Shown here: in pieces, positions 58,463-64,000 of the stretch
How the letters are laid out: each line of letters opens with the position of its first letter
Position numbering within the stretch: the first letter of the stretch is position 1
Source: Minutocellus sp. GHC0000111
Taxonomy: Eukaryota
Direction: 5' to 3'
DNA: 64,000 nt
Assembly: GCA_977018835.1 (NCBI GenBank)
Contig: OZ361257.1
Location: 2,046,001-2,110,000, forward strand
Made by a program: the position numbers and the translations under genes
Notes under the pieces: generated by a model
Database searches by the model: none
Seen by the model: only the letters and a program-made list of their open reading frames with translations
What the model was told of the DNA's origin: nothing

Positions 58463-59377
58463 CTAACGGCGTTCATCAGCCCTCGTCCTGGAATCACTCT
58501 TCATGGCCTCGGCGGCAGCTCTACCAATGCGGAGAATTTCAATGTGTTCATCTTCGGTTACAAATTCCCTAATCATATCTCCCCGATAAATGGCGTCAAA
58601 GAGATCCAGGGCACTCTCATCTCCAGCCTCGGCGCCGATCCGGGCGTGGTGGTACAATAGCTCCATATCCTCCTCCTGCCCGGCCTTGGCTGCAAGTTGT
58701 GAGTGGATGCTCAAACATCCAGCGGCGGCTGCGTTTCGCATGTACTCCAACTCCTTCTCCTTGTTCACCTTGCAGCCGTAATGGCCGTGCTTGTAGTACT
58801 TGGCCAGACGGCAGCAGGCGCCGATACTGCCGAGGTCGGCCGCCTTGTTCAGCATGTCGATGCCCAGTTCGATGTCATTAGCGTCGGGAGAGCCAACGTC
58901 ACTGCTGCAATGTCCCGATAGATATTCGTAGGCCATTTCCTCCATGGCGATGGCATCTCCGTCGTCCATATTATTCCGAAGATCGTCGTGGTACTTGAGA
59001 GGGTTCTCCGAAGCGTCGCACACTGGACAGTGCGCGAAGCCGTAGTTCTCTTCCCGGTGGGCGTGACGGTCGCAGCCATGGCAGATGATCGAGCGGCAGC
59101 AGACCTGATAGATGCTTTTGATGGGAATCAGCGGCATGGGCAAGTCGCACACCGGACACGCCACGGGTGGAGAGGGAGGATGGTAGTCCTTCCATTTGGC
59201 CAGCTCGGCGTCCCGCTTGTGCTGCGCGGCCCTCTTCTTGCAGTGGGCCCTGTGCTGCTTTCGGTGCGTCTTTTGGCATGCCGCGCCGCAGTACCACACG
59301 TCCCGGCATCCCGTGCAGAGCTTGAGGGTGGCCTTGGACTCGCCCTTGCGGCAGGCGGCGCACTGTTCGGCTGTCAT
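58463..59377 (-). CDS. N-terminal MYND + RING-like + SEL1 protein
   Basis: CAAC...CTGCRDVWYCGAACQKTHRKQHRAHC; CPVCDLPMP...CCRSIICHGC...CPVC; KAADLGS...AAAAG SEL1-like repeats. Confidence 0.9.
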   Translation of the reverse strand: MTAEQCAACRKGESKATLKLCTGCRDVWYCGAACQKTHRKQHRAHCKKRAAQHKRDAELAKWKDYHPPSPPVACPVCDLPMPLIPIKSIYQVCCRSIICHGCDRHAHREENYGFAHCPVCDASENPLKYHDDLRNNMDDGDAIAMEEMAYEYLSGHCSSDVGSPDANDIELGIDMLNKAADLGSIGACCRLAKYYKHGHYGCKVNKEKELEYMRNAAAAGCLSIHSQLAAKAGQEEDMELLYHHARIGAEAGDESALDLFDAIYRGDMIREFVTEDEHIEILRIGRAAAEAMKSDSRTRADERR

Positions 59378-59715
59378 GGTGGTTTGCAGGTTGAGGTGGG
59401 TCTGAAAAGAATGAGGTCTCCCACTTTATTCCCCTACTTTTCATCCCCTCCATACTGATTCAAATTCTCATTTCGGCACAGGGCGGCAGTTGCTTGAAAG
59501 TGAGCGAGCGTACCTACTCTACTAGTAGCTAGGTATCCTTTGCCATTACCTCGGACTGCAGCAATCAATTCGCCCAGCAAACGTCCGTGTAGCTTCATTG
59601 ATAAGGGCAGGACAATTTTTTTTATCGCGGCGTGTTTTGGGGCGAATTTTGGTCAGCCAAATTTGATCAGATACCGTCTGTCAGTTCAGCACATCTGCGT
59701 CCTTGATTCTCAGTC

Positions 59716-60873
59716 ATGGGCAAGAAGAGCAAGCGGAAGGCTGCCGCTACTGCGGCCAAGGTGAAGGGTGGTGCTTCCGCGCTGACTAGCTCGTCACCTG
59801 GGGACATCCTCGGGCCCCGTCCCGATGGTATTACCTGCACCAATGAGGATCCAAGGCTCTGTGCGGTGTGTGATATTACTCTTCCTAGGGCCGGTTTCTT
59901 TGAAGAAACCTCCTTCACACATGTAAGCGTCTGTTGCGGTACCCGAATCTGCTCATCTTGCAAGGGCACCGCCATGGTTCGAGTATGTAACAAATGCCCT
60001 TATTGCAAGTGTGGCTTTAAGACCAACCAGCAGGTCGTTGCGGTCCTGCGTGTGTACTCAAAGAAAGGTTACGCATGGGCAATGGACGTGTTGGGAATGA
60101 TGCATCGCGACGGTTTCCCACCTGTCCTTCCGACATCTCAGACTGAGGCTACGAGATACTTTCGCATGGCGGCTGAAAAAAACAATCCATTCGCAATGGT
60201 CAATTTGGCTTCTTTGATTTCCCTGAATCGAAACGCTCTTCAGTCTGCCGATACTATCTCCGACTTCTACTGGCTCCTCAATGAAGCTACTCGACATGAC
60301 CAGCATCTTGCTACACTTGCCCACGAACAAATTTGCAATGTAGCAGGAGGTATTCTAAATCAATCGGACCCTGTCGAAGAATCGGAATCAGTCAAGGTTA
60401 CGTTGAAAGCGCTCACTGCTCTTGCTGCGCAAGGAATTGGAAGGGCGCAGTTACAGCTTGGACTATTTTATGGCAATTTTGGTAAAGTCACCGATCAGCT
60501 CACTGCACAGAAGTGGCATGAAAGGCTTTCCGTCAATACCAGGTCTCCCAATTATGCGTTGCAGGGAGCTGGGATTTTGGACAAGTTCGCTCTTCTGCGA
60601 TTTTGGTATGGAGTACTTTCTGAGGGCACGTCCAAAGCTCATGTTGACCCTGAAGCGATGGAGTTGACTAAGGAAACCCTGACGGACCTGCGTCGCGAAT
60701 GTACCAGCTGTGGCGTTGGCCTCAATGCCTGCAGCCGCAAACTGTGCAGAGGATGCAAAGCGCACTGCTATTGCAGCCGCGAATGCCAAAAGGCCCATTG
60801 GGAAGCCAAAGAAGACGGCCATCGGGATGAGTGCAAGGAGGTTATGGCTCTGAAGATGGCGATGAAGAAGTGA
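59716..60873 (+). CDS. RING-like + SEL1 + MYND protein (MGKKSKRK family, copy 4)
   Basis: ILGPRPDGITCTNED..LCAVC; CCGTRICSSC..CPYC; CRGCKAHCYCSRECQKAHW...HRDEC. Confidence 0.9.
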   Translation: MGKKSKRKAAATAAKVKGGASALTSSSPGDILGPRPDGITCTNEDPRLCAVCDITLPRAGFFEETSFTHVSVCCGTRICSSCKGTAMVRVCNKCPYCKCGFKTNQQVVAVLRVYSKKGYAWAMDVLGMMHRDGFPPVLPTSQTEATRYFRMAAEKNNPFAMVNLASLISLNRNALQSADTISDFYWLLNEATRHDQHLATLAHEQICNVAGGILNQSDPVEESESVKVTLKALTALAAQGIGRAQLQLGLFYGNFGKVTDQLTAQKWHERLSVNTRSPNYALQGAGILDKFALLRFWYGVLSEGTSKAHVDPEAMELTKETLTDLRRECTSCGVGLNACSRKLCRGCKAHCYCSRECQKAHWEAKEDGHRDECKEVMALKMAMKK

Positions 60874-60993
60874 GAAAGGAAGAGATGACAAAAGTGAATA
60901 TGATCACCTAGGTATGATTTCCAATTATTGGATAGGATGATTTCCTTTTCCTAATTGTAATCTATTAATGTCAATTTCACCTATCCATTAAGT

Positions 60994-62484
60994 CTATCTA
61001 CCCTTGCGCCTCGCCCTATCTACGAGGAGGCACAGCACAATCAAAACGAGGACAAAGTTGGTAACCCAAAGCCCGGCATTGACCTGCTGCGAGAATTCTT
61101 CGTTAGAAAGGCCTCCAACCGATTTGTTGGTTTCATGATGTGGGTGATGCTCCGTTATTCGCTCGGAAGCTGTTGTCTCACACGGCGCCGGTGTCGTATC
61201 CACCCCACCAACTGTCTCCTGTTTCCATCCGGGTACCACCGCCTCGACAATCTCGGGATGCGTGTAGGGTACCCAATGCAACGGATGGCATGTGTGCCGC
61301 CAAGCCTGAGCTCCATCGCCGGTCCCAAAAACCACGCCGGTAAAGTTCAAGAACTGATCCAGCGTTCGGGTTCGTTCGTTCGGGATGGAATATCGCTCGA
61401 TCTCTTTCGTATCCACCAGTCCATGAAATGGCTGACCAATGTGCAACTTGATCCGATTGACACCGATATCCTCTTCGTCCTTGGTATTTTCGTTCTTATG
61501 ACCTTGCCACGTGGTCGTTATTTTGTTGGCGGTGTAATTGTGATACAGCACGTGCCCATACACGGAGGGGGAATACATATCGTATCCAGCCATCCAAAGC
61601 AACGCCGCCCGGCTAAACTCCTCCCCATCGAAAATATAATAGGCACGCTCGTCGATCGGCACCCTCCGCTCGTTGTGGCACTTGCCAAAGGCAAACCCGG
61701 CCCCCCACTTGGTCTGCAGTATGGGCCGGGTGGCGTTCCGAACGTTGGTCGCGCCCTCGTTCCGCGGGAGGCCGTGCCCGCCCCGCTTAACGTCGCACAG
61801 ATGCGGCGTCTCCAGGTGCGGATGGTTGTCGCCGTTGGGTCGAATGACGTACGGGGTGGAATCGTGCACGTAGGTGGTGAGGATGCCCATCTCGTTGTCC
61901 GTTCGGGTCCAATCTTGGAGCAGTTCCACGTCCCAACCGTTGGTGAATACGGAATGTCCATCGATGCCCAGACAGAACTCATCGGCGGGCTGGAGCAACC
62001 GTTGGAGGTAGTGGCGGGCTACCACCGGTCCCTTGGATTGTTTGGCGTCTCGTTCGTCGAAGGCAATTTGATTTAGGTACGGGCAGGGTTGTCCTGTGCT
62101 ATCGTTGGTTGCTTGTGTGGTTTCATCTGCAAAGTATTGTCGTGCCATTTGGCAGTAGGCCGCCTGGCAGGTGGTATCCCCGTCCTCGGCCATGGTCTGA
62201 TCGACGACCGCCACGCGGATTCGCTTGGGATATGTGGCTCTCTTGAATGCCGTGTAGATGGTGTTGGCGCACCGGTGTCCGTCTCGGTACGCCACGGCGC
62301 TGACCAGTATCTGCGCAGCATCCGGAGAGGAGAGAAAGGTGGGAGGAGGAGGGCGCAGATGCGACTGGGAGGGATGGAGGGGCGTGTGCTGCGCGTCGGG
62401 ATGGAGCTGGATGCTGGGGTAGGGATGCTCCGTGTGCCTCGGATCCGTCTTGCCGAGGAGGAGGTTGGATTGTGATTGGGTCAT
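60994..62484 (-). CDS. GT60-family N-acetylglucosaminyltransferase (Skp1-hydroxyproline GlcNAcT-like) with a C-terminal TM segment
   Basis: AYRD..C..T; KGPVVARH; IDGHSVF..GWD; WGAGFAF; FDGEEF; LYHNY motifs. Confidence 0.9.
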   Translation of the reverse strand: MTQSQSNLLLGKTDPRHTEHPYPSIQLHPDAQHTPLHPSQSHLRPPPPTFLSSPDAAQILVSAVAYRDGHRCANTIYTAFKRATYPKRIRVAVVDQTMAEDGDTTCQAAYCQMARQYFADETTQATNDSTGQPCPYLNQIAFDERDAKQSKGPVVARHYLQRLLQPADEFCLGIDGHSVFTNGWDVELLQDWTRTDNEMGILTTYVHDSTPYVIRPNGDNHPHLETPHLCDVKRGGHGLPRNEGATNVRNATRPILQTKWGAGFAFGKCHNERRVPIDERAYYIFDGEEFSRAALLWMAGYDMYSPSVYGHVLYHNYTANKITTTWQGHKNENTKDEEDIGVNRIKLHIGQPFHGLVDTKEIERYSIPNERTRTLDQFLNFTGVVFGTGDGAQAWRHTCHPLHWVPYTHPEIVEAVVPGWKQETVGGVDTTPAPCETTASERITEHHPHHETNKSVGGLSNEEFSQQVNAGLWVTNFVLVLIVLCLLVDRARRKGR

Positions 62485-62739
62485 TTCTGTCTTATAAGCA
62501 GGAAGCTAACTGAACTGAGCAGGTACTAGTATGTCGAGAGAATCTGGCGGTACTCGCTGCTCACGGCATTTTCATTGCCTCCGCCATGAGCATGAAAGTA
62601 AATTAATGCGAACCAAATGCAAAAGTTTTCTCTGACGTCATCTTTGCGTTGGCAAACCCAAAAGGAACCCGGAGAAATCGAAGCACAGACCCTGCCTGCA
62701 GACAAACCGTTCAAAAAACGGAACAACCAACAGGCAACC

Positions 62740-64000
62740 ATGGCGCAACGAGGTGGCAACGCGAACGCCGCCGGCGGTGGGGGGAACAACGCCGCCGGCG
62801 GGGGAGGCGGCCAGGGGGGGATGAACGAGCACGTCGAGTTCACCGTCAAGGTAAGACCCGACGATATTCGTTCGTTGGGAAGGCAAGGGAAAGCAAATAA
62901 TCAGCCGTGTCTGAAAAAGCAAAATTTGGCTGTTGGTCGTGAGGGGCGAATTGCGGGCGGTGATTGTGGCGAAGGGAGGCAGGAGAAGAAGATCTGATCG
63001 TCGACGCCGATGGAAAGGCGGTGTTAGGGGAGGGGTGTTGGTGGTAGGCGGAGGTCGCGCTGGTCCGTTTCCCTCTCGAGTGGAATTCCCCGGAAAGTCA
63101 AACCGACTTCCGGCTGCTGCGGCTCAGATTTATCTGTACCAATACTGCCTCTCTGCCGCCTGGGCATCGGCCGAGCCTCGAGAGATGGTTCGAACCAGCT
63201 GCAGTGAAGGAGAGCGGGGGTATCAGTTGATGGTGGGGCTGCGGGTGGGTTTGGAGCTTGCGCCAGACTAGAGAAAATCGTGGAATTACGAAGTTCGGTT
63301 GTTTGACGTCCACGCAACAGATACGATTCGATTCCGGGGTCGTAAACGTCACGGCAGTCCGGAAGGTCCTTCGGTGCGGGAATAGACGAGGCCTTCGCCG
63401 AGAAAAGATCAACTAGTGTGATGCTTTGGAATGGCGGTTGTTTCTTTTTAATTATCGTCATCTCATCATTGTTCGTCCCCTCTTACTCCATGACTCCAGG
63501 CCGAAGAGGACCTGTACCTGACGGGAACCGAGAATACCATCCGGCGGGTGACGGCCGAGACCAACTACTCCTGCCTCATGCTCAAGACGCAGCGCTTCTC
63601 CTCCCTCTTTCGGCATTACGCCAAATACCACGGCCTCCGAAAGGACGATCTGGAATACTACTTCGTCAATCCCCTCGAGAACGAGGACACGCCCGAATCC
63701 GTCCAGCTCCAGCGGGGGGATACCATCATGGTTCGGAAGAGACGCAAGCCGGAGCCGCCCGAGCCGGCGGCGGACGACGAGGAGTTCTTCAAGGATATGA
63801 AGGATTTGTTGGACGACGACGAGCACATGGACTGCGTGTTTTTGGTCCACGAGGATGGCGGACAGAGTCACTTTTCCAGTCCCAGCAAGGTTGCAGGTGG
63901 CGGTGGTAGCGGAGGTGGACCCAATACCCCCTTTGGCGGCGGTGGCAGCAGTATGACCCCCGACCTCGGTGGGGTGGCGGCCATGCAGACCGACGACGGG
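62740..64000 (+). CDS. SUMO/ubiquitin-like domain protein followed by a probable BTB domain start; 3'-truncated
   Basis: Exon 1 62740-62850, intron 62851-63499 (GTAAGA...CCAG). Exon 2 reads ...FSSLFRHYAKYHGLRKDDLEYYF..LENEDTPESVQLQRGDTIMV...DMKDLLDDDEHMDCVFLV. Confidence 0.75.

Overview
Gene-dense eukaryotic nuclear DNA, most likely from a diatom. The evidence is short GT-AG introns, bipartite 'signal peptide + AF' plastid presequences, and the presence of HA-domain, HSF, DUF6824 and MYND/SEL1 families. About 33 protein-coding loci can be read. They include a giant lectin/PAN/TSP3 surface protein, HscB, a MAPEG protein, a DHHC acyltransferase, a STEAP-like reductase, peptidase E, RPL39, an HSF, a JAMM deubiquitinase, RBM28/NOP4, an MFS transporter and a GT60 GlcNAc-transferase. 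No rRNA, tRNA or CRISPR array is seen. The most striking structure is a set of seven SEL1-repeat genes carrying RING-like or U-box E3-type domains and/or MYND fingers. Six of them sit in two three-gene clusters, five share an upstream AGATAC(C)G motif, and one has an in-frame TGA where its paralogs have Cys. Also notable are a 4 x 186-bp tandem array near a decayed RAG1/Transib/Chapaev-type transposase, an RPA70N-U-box-SEL1 fusion, and a structured long RPL39 intron. Many genes carry frameshifts or stops, some in homopolymers, so assembly error is a major caveat. All domain calls are by-eye motif recognition, not database searches.
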